64,000 bases of DNA from Desulfurivibrionaceae bacterium (lineage in GTDB: Bacteria; Desulfobacterota; Desulfobulbia; Desulfobulbales; UBA5123): positions 5,619 to 69,618 of the forward strand of contig JAQYVW010000002.1 in the NCBI GenBank assembly GCA_030145325.1, in the 5' to 3' direction. Below are positions 9,546-18,292 of this stretch, one piece after another. Under the pieces are notes generated by a model. It did no database searches and was not told the origin of the DNA. It saw only the letters and a program-made list of their open reading frames with translations. The first letter of the stretch is position 1. Each line of letters opens with the position of its first letter. The position numbers and the translations under genes were made by a program.

Positions 9546-10859
9546 ATGCCCAAATATTTTGTCCTCGACACCAACGTTCTTCTTCATAACTCCGAAGCCC
9601 TCAGCGCCTTTACCGATAATACCGTGGTGCTGCCCATGTCGGTGATCGAGGAGTTGGACAAATTCAAGTCCCACAACGACGAGTTGGGGCGCAACGCCCG
9701 CCAGGTTATCCGAAAACTCGATCAACTGCGCGAAAAGGGCCGCTTGGGGAAAGGGGTGCCGATGGATGGCGGCGGTACGATGATGATCGACAGTGAACAG
9801 AGTGATACTGTTATCCCTCATCTTGATATGCATGTGCCGGATAACCGTATTCTGTCGGTGGCTTATCGATTATTGAAGGATGGCAAACGAGTAATTTTTG
9901 TTTCCAAGGATATCAATGCCAGGTTGAAAGCCGATGCCCTGGGCATCGATGTGATGGATTTTGAAAAACAAAAGATCAACTTTGATGAACTTTACACTGG
10001 TTACCGGACGGTGGAGGTGGCTTCGACGGTTATTGATGAGTTTTTTGCTGGTGACGATTTGAACCTTGAGGGATACTCATTTTATCCCAACGAATTCGTG
10101 GTTCTGGTGGATGAGGCTGATTCGAAGCATAGCGGGCTGGGGCGAGCCAAGGATGAAAACACTGTGGCTCGGCTAAGGGATAAGCATGATAGTGTCTGGC
10201 AGGTCAGGCCACGCAACAAGGAGCAACGGATGGCCTTTGAGTTGCTTCTTGATCCCAAGATTTCGGTTGTCACTTTGGTGGGGCAGGCTGGTACCGGTAA
10301 GACCTTGCTGGCGTTGGCCGCCGCCCTTGAGGCCGTGGTCAGCTTTAACCGTTATGACCGCTTGCTGGTTTCAAGGCCGATCATCCCCATGGGCCGGGAC
10401 ATTGGTTTTCTGCCCGGAGATAAGGATGAGAAACTTTCCAACTGGATGCAGCCCATCTTTGATAATCTTACCTATCTGATGGGCCTTAACGGCGCCAAGG
10501 GTGAGGCTGAGGATTCGGTGCGACTGAAGGTTGATAAGCTTCTTAAGGAGCATATCGTTGAGCTTGAGGCCCTTACCTATATTCGTGGTCGGTCTATTCC
10601 TGAGCAGTACGTAATTATTGACGAGGCACAGAACCTCACTCCCCATGAGGTGAAGACCATCATTAGTCGGGCTGGGGAGGGGACCAAGATGGTGTTGACC
10701 GGTGACCCGTATCAGATTGATAACCCCTATCTTGATTCCAGCAGTAACGGGCTTTCTTATGCCGTAGAGCGGTTGAAGGGGTTGGCGCTGCATGGGCATA
10801 TTACCCTTAGGAAGAGTGAGAGGAGTGATTTGGCCGCCGTCGCTGCTGCGTACTTGTAA
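9546..10859 (+). CDS. PhoH-like ATPase with an N-terminal PIN domain (YlaK-type)
   Basis: The N-terminus is PIN-like (YFVLDTNVLLHNSEAL...SVIEELD). Walker A is GQAGTGKT, and the PhoH signature is IIDEAQNLTPHEVKTIISRAGEGTKMVLTGDPYQID. Confidence 0.9.
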   Translation: MPKYFVLDTNVLLHNSEALSAFTDNTVVLPMSVIEELDKFKSHNDELGRNARQVIRKLDQLREKGRLGKGVPMDGGGTMMIDSEQSDTVIPHLDMHVPDNRILSVAYRLLKDGKRVIFVSKDINARLKADALGIDVMDFEKQKINFDELYTGYRTVEVASTVIDEFFAGDDLNLEGYSFYPNEFVVLVDEADSKHSGLGRAKDENTVARLRDKHDSVWQVRPRNKEQRMAFELLLDPKISVVTLVGQAGTGKTLLALAAALEAVVSFNRYDRLLVSRPIIPMGRDIGFLPGDKDEKLSNWMQPIFDNLTYLMGLNGAKGEAEDSVRLKVDKLLKEHIVELEALTYIRGRSIPEQYVIIDEAQNLTPHEVKTIISRAGEGTKMVLTGDPYQIDNPYLDSSSNGLSYAVERLKGLALHGHITLRKSERSDLAAVAAAYL

Positions 10860-10893
10860 TCGTCCGCAATGCGGTGCATCTGCTGCGTCATCC

Positions 10894-10927
10894 GCCTGTT
10901 CGCATAGAGGGGCTATGGCGAACAGGC
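10894..10927 (+). terminator. Candidate stem-loop terminator after the phoH-like gene
   Basis: A 10-bp stem (gcctgttcgc ... gcgaacaggc) with a 14-nt loop, followed by a pyrimidine-rich tract (ctcttccttg). There is no clean U-run. Confidence 0.3.
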
Positions 10928-11114
10928 CTCTTCCTTGCACCTGCACCACCTTGCGAACGATTACATCAGAGTAAGGTGGCGGCTTGGCCGCTTTCCTTTC
11001 TGATTCCTTGATTTTGGTCTTTGTTGTGTCGTGGGAATGGGCTATAGTGTCTACTTTGTTATTTTAACGACGTTTTTAGACAGATTTCTTTAAATCTCCT
11101 GAGGAGACTTTATT

Positions 11115-12182
11115 GTGGATTTTGAACCAAAATGGCTTGCCTGGGAAATCACCCGGCGTTGTAATCTGAAATGTGTGCATTGCCGCTCTTCATCGGAGCT
11201 GGCTATTGATGGCCATCCTGATTTCTCTCTGGACGAAGCGAAACGGGTGCTGGACGATATCTCTTCCTATGCCTCGCCGGTGGTGGTTCTTTCCGGTGGT
11301 GAGCCGTTGTTGCGCAAGGATGTCTTTGATATCGCCACCTACGGCGGTAGCAAGGGGCTGCGGATGTGTCTGGCCACCAACGGTACCCTGGTTAACGAAG
11401 AGATTTGCGTCAAGATCAAAGAGGCAGGGATTAAGATGGTCTCGTTGAGCCTGGATGGTGCTTCGGCACCGATCCATGATGATTTTCGTTCCCAGCCCGG
11501 TGCCTTTGAGGGCACCCTCAACGCGGCGGCCCTGTTTAAGAAGCACGGGATCAAGTTTCTGATCAACTCCTCGTTTACCAAGCGCAACAAGGACGAGATT
11601 CCTAAGATCTATAAGCTGGCCAAGGAACTGGGCGCCACGGCCTGGTACATGTTCATGATCGTCCCCACCGGTCGCGGCGAGGATATCATGGAAGAGCTGA
11701 TCCCTCCCGAGATGTATGAGGAGTTGCTGGAGTGGCATTATGAGATGGAGAAGGGTGAGGAGGAGATGCTGGTAAGGCCTACCTGTGCGCCCAGTTATTA
11801 CCGGGTGGTGTTGCAGAAGGCCAAGGAAGAGGGTTCTGACTACAAGCGGCGGAACCTGCAGTTTTCAACCGGCGGCTCCAAGGGATGCCTGGCCGGGCAG
11901 TTGATCTGCCTCATTGATGTTGACGGTAACGTCCTGCCTTGCAGTTATTTTCCCAAGGCGGCGGGCAATATCCGCCAGCAGTCCTTTAAGGATGTCTGGG
12001 AGAATTCCCCCCTCTTCCACGAGATGCGCGATTTCAAGAGCTATAAGGGCCGTTGCGGTTCCTGCGAGTACGTCAATGTCTGCGGTGGTTGCCGTGCTCG
12101 CGCCTATGCGGTGAGTGGTGACTATATGGCTGAGGAGCCTTTCTGTAATCATACGCCGCTGAAGATGGCGAAAAAATCATAA
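11115..12182 (+). CDS. ahbD: Radical SAM/SPASM enzyme of the AhbD/NirJ family (putative Fe-coproporphyrin III decarboxylase, heme b synthase)
   Basis: GTG start after a GAGGAG RBS. The CX3CX2C motif is in [17 protein letters not shown]. Family-typical blocks are present: [42 protein letters not shown] and [11 protein letters not shown]. The C-terminal auxiliary-cluster motif is [18 protein letters not shown]. It is the first gene of a hemE-hemH operon. Confidence 0.7.
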   Translation: MDFEPKWLAWEITRRCNLKCVHCRSSSELAIDGHPDFSLDEAKRVLDDISSYASPVVVLSGGEPLLRKDVFDIATYGGSKGLRMCLATNGTLVNEEICVKIKEAGIKMVSLSLDGASAPIHDDFRSQPGAFEGTLNAAALFKKHGIKFLINSSFTKRNKDEIPKIYKLAKELGATAWYMFMIVPTGRGEDIMEELIPPEMYEELLEWHYEMEKGEEEMLVRPTCAPSYYRVVLQKAKEEGSDYKRRNLQFSTGGSKGCLAGQLICLIDVDGNVLPCSYFPKAAGNIRQQSFKDVWENSPLFHEMRDFKSYKGRCGSCEYVNVCGGCRARAYAVSGDYMAEEPFCNHTPLKMAKKS

Positions 12183-12213
12183 TCAACCGAAAAAAATATA
12201 ACGTGGAGAAGAT

Positions 12214-13245
12214 ATGAACGATACATTCCTGAAAGCCTGTCGGGGCGAGAAGACTGACTACACACCAATCTGGATCATGCGTCAGGCTGGCCGCTATCTT
12301 CCCCAGTACCACACGGTTCGTTCCAAGGGAACCTTCCTTGATCTGTGCAAGAATCCCGAGCGGGCCGCCGAGGTGACCATCCAACCCGTCGATTATCTGG
12401 GAGTGGACGCGGCGATCCTCTTTTCTGACATTCTGGTGCCGCTGGAGAAGATGGGCGCGCCGCTAGATTTCTTTGAGAAACGGGGGCCGGTGTTTGAAAA
12501 TCCCATTCGTGATAAGGCGGCCATTGATAAATTGGTCATTCCCGATCCGGAAACCGATCTTGTCTATGTCATGGACACCATTCGTCTCCTCAGGAAAGAG
12601 CTGGCCGGGCGGGTGCCGTTGATTGGTTTTTCCGGCGCGCCTTTTACCTTGGCTACCTATCTTATTGAGGGTGGCAGCTCCAAGAACTACTTACAGACCA
12701 AGAAGATGATGTACGCTGCCCCTGAGTTGTACAAGGCGCTGCTGGACAAGATCACCGATTGCACCATCTCCTACCTGCAAGCGCAGGCCGCGGCTGGGGC
12801 GCAGGCGTTGCAGATCTTTGATTCCTGGGCAGGTGTCCTGGCGCCGGGCGATTTTGCCGAGTTCGCCCTCCCCTACGTACAAAAAATCATCAAGGCGATC
12901 AAGCCTTGCGGGGTGCCGATCATCTATTTCGCCAACAACGGCGCCACCTTGCTTGATCTTTCCAAGACCAGTGGCGCTGATGTCTTGGGCCTGGACTGGC
13001 GAGTCAATATCGGTGACGCCATTGCTCAACTTGGTCAGGATGTATCGGTGCAGGGTAATCTTGATCCCATTGCGTTGCAGCTACCCGCTGACAAGCTTGA
13101 AAAACGGGTCAAGGCCATTGTTGATGCGGGCAAGAAGGCGCGTGGGCATGTCTTTAACCTCGGTCATGGCATTGTCCCGGAAACCCCGCCCGAAAAGGCT
13201 AAGATGGTGGTGGAAATGGTGCACCGGTTGAGCGGCAAGCAGTAA
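12214..13245 (+). CDS. hemE: Uroporphyrinogen decarboxylase
   Basis: Classical N-terminus FLKACRGEKTDYTPIWIMRQAGRYLPQY and a full-length 343 aa. Confidence 0.95.
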   Translation: MNDTFLKACRGEKTDYTPIWIMRQAGRYLPQYHTVRSKGTFLDLCKNPERAAEVTIQPVDYLGVDAAILFSDILVPLEKMGAPLDFFEKRGPVFENPIRDKAAIDKLVIPDPETDLVYVMDTIRLLRKELAGRVPLIGFSGAPFTLATYLIEGGSSKNYLQTKKMMYAAPELYKALLDKITDCTISYLQAQAAAGAQALQIFDSWAGVLAPGDFAEFALPYVQKIIKAIKPCGVPIIYFANNGATLLDLSKTSGADVLGLDWRVNIGDAIAQLGQDVSVQGNLDPIALQLPADKLEKRVKAIVDAGKKARGHVFNLGHGIVPETPPEKAKMVVEMVHRLSGKQ

Positions 13246-13264
13246 TTTTTTCCAGGGGAAGATA

Positions 13265-13858
13265 ATGATACCAACGGTGCATGAATGTTTTCGGCTCATG
13301 GGCGAGTATGCCATGCTCGACAATATTCGTGCGCATTCCGTGCTGGTGGGACGGATTGCCGAGCGGTTGGCCTGTGATCTCGCTGGCAGCGGTATGGAGT
13401 TGCGGGTGGAGGTGGCGGTGGCCGGGGCGTTGCTACATGACATTGCCAAGACCCCATGTTTGGATAGTGGTGGAGACCATGCCGCCGAGGGTGCCGCCAT
13501 CTGTCGGCAGCACGGTTTTGATGAGTTGGTCGATATCGTTGGTGAGCATGTGGTCTTGAAAAACGGGGTCGGGACCAGCACTTGTAGTGAGAAAGAAATT
13601 GTTTATTATGCCGACAAACGGGTCAAGCATGATCAGATTGTTGATCTTGAGGTGCGACTGCAATACATTCTCCAGCGTTATGGTAAAAATGACCCCGATT
13701 TTTGTGAGGCCATTCGCGGTAATTTTTCCCATTGCCATGGGGTGGAGGAAAAGATTTTTGCCCAGCTTGGTTATGGAGCGGCCGATTTGCCCTTGTTGGT
13801 GGATCCCATCGTTGCTGATTTGCACCCGGCCCTGCAGTGGCAGGGCATCTGTGTGTAG
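13265..13858 (+). CDS. HD/HDIG-domain metal-dependent phosphohydrolase-like protein embedded between hemE and hemH
   Basis: H...HD motif set: RAHSVLVGRIAERLA, GALLHDIAKTP and HAAEGAAICRQHG. It is 197 aa, with 20-nt and 10-nt gaps to its neighbours. Confidence 0.7.
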   Translation: MIPTVHECFRLMGEYAMLDNIRAHSVLVGRIAERLACDLAGSGMELRVEVAVAGALLHDIAKTPCLDSGGDHAAEGAAICRQHGFDELVDIVGEHVVLKNGVGTSTCSEKEIVYYADKRVKHDQIVDLEVRLQYILQRYGKNDPDFCEAIRGNFSHCHGVEEKIFAQLGYGAADLPLLVDPIVADLHPALQWQGICV

Positions 13859-13867
13859 GGAAAGCAG

Positions 13868-14848
13868 ATGATCCAGGAATCTATCGGTGTGATTCTTCTC
13901 AATATGGGCGGCCCGGATACCTTGGCCGATGTCGAACCCTTTCTCTTGGAACTCTTTTCTGATCGTCGGATTATTCGTTTAAGCCCTTTCCCTTTTTTAC
14001 AGAAGTTTATTGCGCGGCGTATTGCCCACAAACGTGCGCCCAAGAGTTGCGAAGCTTATGCTCTAATTGGCGGCGGCTCCCCGCAAAAACGACTTACCGC
14101 CGAGCAGGGGGCAGCCCTTGCCCAGGCCCTGGCCCCGGTTGGTTCCTTTCCGGTGAAGATGGCCATGCGTTACTGGTCGCCCAGGTCTGATGATACCCTG
14201 GCGGAACTGGCGGCAGCCGGGGTGCACAAGTTGGTGGCGTTATCCCTTTATCCCCATTATTCAAAGGCCACTGGTGGCTCGTCTATAACCGATCTGCGTC
14301 GGGCCATTGCCCAATCAGTCCATCCTTTTGAACTTGTCGAGATCGATTCCTGGGCCAGTGATCCAGCTTATGTCGATTGTTTGGCTTTAGATATCAAAGC
14401 GGGCCTGGCTGAATTACCAGACGATGGCAAGACCCAGGTGGTTTATTCGGCGCATAGTCTGCCGGTGAAGTTTATCGAAGAGGGTGATCCCTACCTCGAT
14501 GAGATCAAGGAGACCATTGCCGCGGTGGAGCTTAAAACCGGGGTCAAGGGGCGCCTTTGTTTTCAGAGTCGCAGTGGGCCGGTGCGGTGGTTGGCGCCAT
14601 CCACCCCGGAGATGTTGACAACCCTTGCTGCGCAGGGGATGCGTAATCTGTTGGTGGTGCCGATCAGTTTTGTTTCCGACCATGTCGAGACTCTTTACGA
14701 GATTGACATCCTCTATGGAAAACAGGCGGAAGGGCTGGGGATGCGTTTGCTGCGTACTCCCGGTCTCAATGCTCGCCCGAGCTTTATCGCTGTTCTTCAA
14801 GGGTTGGTTCTTGCTGCTTGTCGGAAGCGAAAGTGGTTGGCTGATTGA
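13868..14848 (+). CDS. hemH: Ferrochelatase (possibly a coproporphyrin ferrochelatase)
   Basis: IGVILLNMGGPDTLADVEPFLLELFSD, YWSP, LSLYPHYS and SAHSLP motifs at the conserved spacing. Confidence 0.9.
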   Translation: MIQESIGVILLNMGGPDTLADVEPFLLELFSDRRIIRLSPFPFLQKFIARRIAHKRAPKSCEAYALIGGGSPQKRLTAEQGAALAQALAPVGSFPVKMAMRYWSPRSDDTLAELAAAGVHKLVALSLYPHYSKATGGSSITDLRRAIAQSVHPFELVEIDSWASDPAYVDCLALDIKAGLAELPDDGKTQVVYSAHSLPVKFIEEGDPYLDEIKETIAAVELKTGVKGRLCFQSRSGPVRWLAPSTPEMLTTLAAQGMRNLLVVPISFVSDHVETLYEIDILYGKQAEGLGMRLLRTPGLNARPSFIAVLQGLVLAACRKRKWLAD

Positions 14849-14940
14849 CAACCACGGCTTATCTGGTATATCTTGGTTTTTGTGGATAAATGCCGGGGTG
14901 GCCGGTTTCCTCTGGACCTTAACTTTTCCCTAGAAAGTAT

Positions 14941-15840
14941 ATGCGATCGTTTTCGTTCATCGCCGCATTATGTTTTTCTTTCTCAGCCTTGCTTGGGTCG
15001 GGGGCGGTCTTTGCTGCCGGTCCGGTGCCCACCAGTAAGGCGCGGGCTGCTGCGGTTGTTCGTCTTGTCGACCGCGCGGTGACGGTTTTTGCGGTTCAGA
15101 AACCTTTGCGGCTAATTTTGGTGGCCAAGGACTTACAGCGTTTATTTGTCGTGGAGCATGATGGCGTTACCCCTAAGATTCTCGTCCAGTATGTCTGTGC
15201 CAGTGGTGCCAATCAGGGCAACAAAGAATTGCGTGGTGACGAAAAGACCCCCGAGGGGGTTTATTTTATCACTAAGGTCTACACCGACAGTAAGGTCACG
15301 GTTTTTGGTCGTCGCGCCTTTCATCTCGATTATCCGAACTATTTCGATCAGGAAGACAAACGGGGCGGTGATGGCATTTTCATCCACGGCACCAATCGGG
15401 AGTTGCGCCCCACCAGCACCAATGGTTGTGTAACCTTGGATAATAGGGATCTTGATCAACTTGCCAAGTATCTGGTCCGTGATGCGGTGCCGGTCATGAT
15501 TGTGCCCAGCCTTGATTTGGCTGAGGCGGGTAATATCGCTGCTGCGGATACCTTGATTGGGCCGGTGAAGGCTTTTCTGTTGCCCAACGGTGTTGAGCGG
15601 GAAAGGGTGGATCTCGATACCCTTTACATGGTGCGTATCGGTGTTCAATCCGTCGCTGTTTCCGAGTTTGCCAATGCTGATGAAATGAATCGAGCCGCCC
15701 GTGGTTATAGCCGCAGTTACCTGCGGCACAGTCTTACCAGTGGCTGGGTTACCGCTCAGTGGGTCTGGCATCCAGCCAGCAAGCCGTTACAGACCGCTCG
15801 CGTCACCACTCCCGCCCCCCGGCGGGTTATTCTTTATTGA
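14941..15840 (+). CDS. L,D-transpeptidase (YkuD) domain protein, secreted
   Basis: Signal peptide MRSFSFIAALCFSFSALLGSGAVFA. The catalytic block GIFIHGTNRELRPTSTNGCVTLDNRDL carries the H...SxGC motif. Confidence 0.8.
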   Translation: MRSFSFIAALCFSFSALLGSGAVFAAGPVPTSKARAAAVVRLVDRAVTVFAVQKPLRLILVAKDLQRLFVVEHDGVTPKILVQYVCASGANQGNKELRGDEKTPEGVYFITKVYTDSKVTVFGRRAFHLDYPNYFDQEDKRGGDGIFIHGTNRELRPTSTNGCVTLDNRDLDQLAKYLVRDAVPVMIVPSLDLAEAGNIAAADTLIGPVKAFLLPNGVERERVDLDTLYMVRIGVQSVAVSEFANADEMNRAARGYSRSYLRHSLTSGWVTAQWVWHPASKPLQTARVTTPAPRRVILY

Positions 15841-15887
15841 TCTTACTCTTGGCGGCAAATCCCTCTGGGGCTTCAAATTGGTCGTTC

Positions 15888-16754
15888 TTATTGAGAACCA
15901 CTTGCTCTGATTTGCGCTGCCGCCGATTCTTTTTGCTTGTTCAGCTCCGGGAAGTTTTTGTCTAGACAGTCAGGACAGATACCGTGACTGAAATCGACTT
16001 CTGCGTGCTTGCCAAGATATTCTTCCACCTGATTCCAGTATCCCTGGTCATCTCTGATGTTTTTGCAATAGGCGCAGATGGGGATGATTCCTTGCAAGGT
16101 TTTCACCTCGGCCAATGCATGTTGTAGTTTTTCAATCAGTTTTTCCCTTTCCGCTTCGGCGCCCTTTTTTTCTGTGATGTCGGTGGCAATCTCCAGGCGG
16201 ACTAATCGCCCGTCGATCCAGGGGATTGCTCGATCCCGGATGTCGTACCAGTGGTTGTTAACGGTGTTCTTGAACTCCCAGGCATACATGCCCTGCACTT
16301 CCCCCTCTGTGGAGATTAATTTGTGATTGGAACAGAACTCGCACGGCCCTTCCTGGTCGCTTTGGAGTACCTGCCAGCATGGCTTGCCAATTCCGTCGCC
16401 GAAGATATCACGGCTAAAACGATTCAGAAAGAGGAGCTCATAGGTCTGGATGTCGGCGACGTAAACGATGGCATCCAGGCTGTCGAGGACAGTGAGGAGC
16501 ATATGGTGGGCACGGTTCATGGCCGCGGCCTCAGCATGGTTTTGTACAGATCTTTCAATCAGTGGCTTAAAGGCGAAGAAGTAGAGCAGCGGCCCCATGA
16601 TAATGATTAACAGCGGGGCAATGATGTAGGGTTGACCGATGTTCAAGGTGGGGAAAAGATAATTGATGGTGGTAATGAGAAACGCGGCGCAACCGATGGT
16701 GGCTGAGCTGGTAAGTAAAGAAGAAATAAAAGCAGATGAGTATCTGGGCAGCAT
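15888..16754 (-). CDS. Membrane-anchored PAS sensor with a C-terminal Cys-rich (CxxC...CxxC) module and no recognisable kinase or cyclase output
   Basis: Two N-terminal TM segments are followed by a PAS-like core (LLTVLDSLDAIVYVADIQTYELLFLNRFSRDIFG...WEFKNTVNNHWYDIRDRAIPWIDGRLVRLEIATDITEKK). A coiled coil follows, then IIPICAYCKNIRDDQGYWNQVEEYLGKHAEVDFSHGICPDCLDK. Confidence 0.7.
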   Translation of the reverse strand: MLPRYSSAFISSLLTSSATIGCAAFLITTINYLFPTLNIGQPYIIAPLLIIIMGPLLYFFAFKPLIERSVQNHAEAAAMNRAHHMLLTVLDSLDAIVYVADIQTYELLFLNRFSRDIFGDGIGKPCWQVLQSDQEGPCEFCSNHKLISTEGEVQGMYAWEFKNTVNNHWYDIRDRAIPWIDGRLVRLEIATDITEKKGAEAEREKLIEKLQHALAEVKTLQGIIPICAYCKNIRDDQGYWNQVEEYLGKHAEVDFSHGICPDCLDKNFPELNKQKESAAAQIRASGSQ

Positions 16755-17068
16755 GATTATACCAAGTTGAAATTTACCTGTATTTTGCTCATGGTAATTG
16801 TTAAGGGAAGGAATGGCAAGGAAATGGTGTTGTCGTTTTGGGCTGGATTTCAGGTAACTGTGCTGGCGAGGAGGAGGGGGCGTTGTCTCTGGAGCTGGGG
16901 TAGTTGACCACTAGCTACTGGCTAAAAGGTGGGTAGTCGCCGTCCGTGAAGTTGCTGGCGAGCCGGAGAAAGAGCCTGTCAATCAATGCGTGTTCAAGGA
17001 AAGCATGTCCTCGCAGGATTTGTTTATCTACGTTGCAGGGGGGTGAAAAGAAAATCTTCAAGACACCC

Positions 17069-17611
17069 TTAAGTGAATTCTTGGGTGATTTCCGGAGCGG
17101 TGAGATGGGCAATGAGCCATCCGACCAGGCAGGAAACAGAGAAGGTAATAATGAACATGAACCCCTTCATGGCCCGAATCATGGTTTTGGCCTCTGCCGG
17201 GATCTGGGCGCTGGGGATATTGTCTGTGGCCGGTCTGATGGAAAGTTGGGTAACAAAGGCAACCAGCAGGGCCAGAGCAGCGAAAGCAAGAACAGCTATA
17301 AGTAATTTCCGCGCCAGGTTGTTACGTTTGAGAAGGCCGATGGCCGAGAGCAAGGTGGAAAAAGAAAGGGAAAAAATAAGGGCCAGATAGAGCCGGAAAT
17401 TTTCGAAGATTAATTGTAGTAAGAACGGCATTTGCTTTGCGCCCTCATGCATTGCCTGATGCATAATAGGCATGGATAGCATCCGGACATACATCAAACC
17501 TTGGATCAGGCTGGCGATGGTGGTGAGTGAGCCAATAATGATAAAAATCCAGGCAGTTATTGTTACAAAACCAGAGCGTTGAGAAATGGGCTGGCTAGCG
17601 GTGATTTCCAT
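17069..17611 (-). CDS. Integral membrane protein of unknown function (about 4 TM)
   Basis: The ATG at 17611 (MEITASQPISQRSGFVTITAWIFIIIGSL...) is preferred over the upstream TTG of the track ORF. There are four long hydrophobic segments and no recognisable motif. Confidence 0.55.
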   Translation of the reverse strand: MEITASQPISQRSGFVTITAWIFIIIGSLTTIASLIQGLMYVRMLSMPIMHQAMHEGAKQMPFLLQLIFENFRLYLALIFSLSFSTLLSAIGLLKRNNLARKLLIAVLAFAALALLVAFVTQLSIRPATDNIPSAQIPAEAKTMIRAMKGFMFIITFSVSCLVGWLIAHLTAPEITQEFT

Positions 17612-17786
17612 GGTTTGGATCCTTAGGCAGTTAATGGAGTTTGTAGAAAATTGTAGTGAGAAGAGTGCAACTCTTACCAAAAGGTGGCAGGGAAGGCAAG
17701 GATGGATTTGCTCAGATACTGACTGCTTGAATGAGCTAGTCTGGCTGATACAAGGGTCTGTGGGTTGTTTGAGGGTGGTGCAGAAC

Positions 17787-18251
17787 TTAGGCTAGTTCGG
17801 CATATTGGCCGGTGGTCTGGCGCAGTTTCATACTGAGGCTTTTGGTGAGACCCTTGATAAATTTCAGGCCGAGGTGCGGATTTTCCGCGCAGATTGAATC
17901 CAGGCGGTTCTTGGTGAGGAGCAGGAGTTCGGATGGTTTGGCGGTAATAACGGTTGCCGAACGGGGAAAGTCATCAATGAGGGCCATTTCACCGGCACAT
18001 GCTCCTCGTCCTAGGGTGGCGACGATGATTTGTTTAAAGTCTGGTCCTTCAAGGCGAACTTCGACCTCGCCATCGACAACGAAGAAAAGAAAACTCCCAT
18101 GTTCTTCTTTCTGCACGATGATGGCTTTTTCTGGAAAGCTGCGCAGGCTCATCTGTTTGGCGAAGAAGTCAATTTCATCCGTGTCAAAATCTTCAAAAAA
18201 AGGGTTTTCACGAAGGATGTGTTCAATTCTTTCATACACGGCAGTCACCAA
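17787..18251 (-). CDS. Stand-alone cyclic-nucleotide-binding (CAP-effector type) domain protein, 154 aa
   Basis: FFVVDGEVEVRLEG...LGRGACAGEMALIDDFPRSATVITAKPSELLLL is the canonical cNMP-binding beta-roll and phosphate-binding cassette. No DNA-binding or other output domain is present. Confidence 0.85.
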   Translation of the reverse strand: MVTAVYERIEHILRENPFFEDFDTDEIDFFAKQMSLRSFPEKAIIVQKEEHGSFLFFVVDGEVEVRLEGPDFKQIIVATLGRGACAGEMALIDDFPRSATVITAKPSELLLLTKNRLDSICAENPHLGLKFIKGLTKSLSMKLRQTTGQYAELA

Positions 18252-18292
18252 TTAGAAGTGTTTCAGGGCAAAAAGGCATTTCTTGTTTCTGG

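Noticed and set aside
16755-17068. ORFs 16915-17112 (minus) and 16946-17305 (plus) in and around the intergenic gap
   Set aside because: They overlap each other and the better-supported membrane-protein gene. They lack an RBS and have no recognisable motifs.
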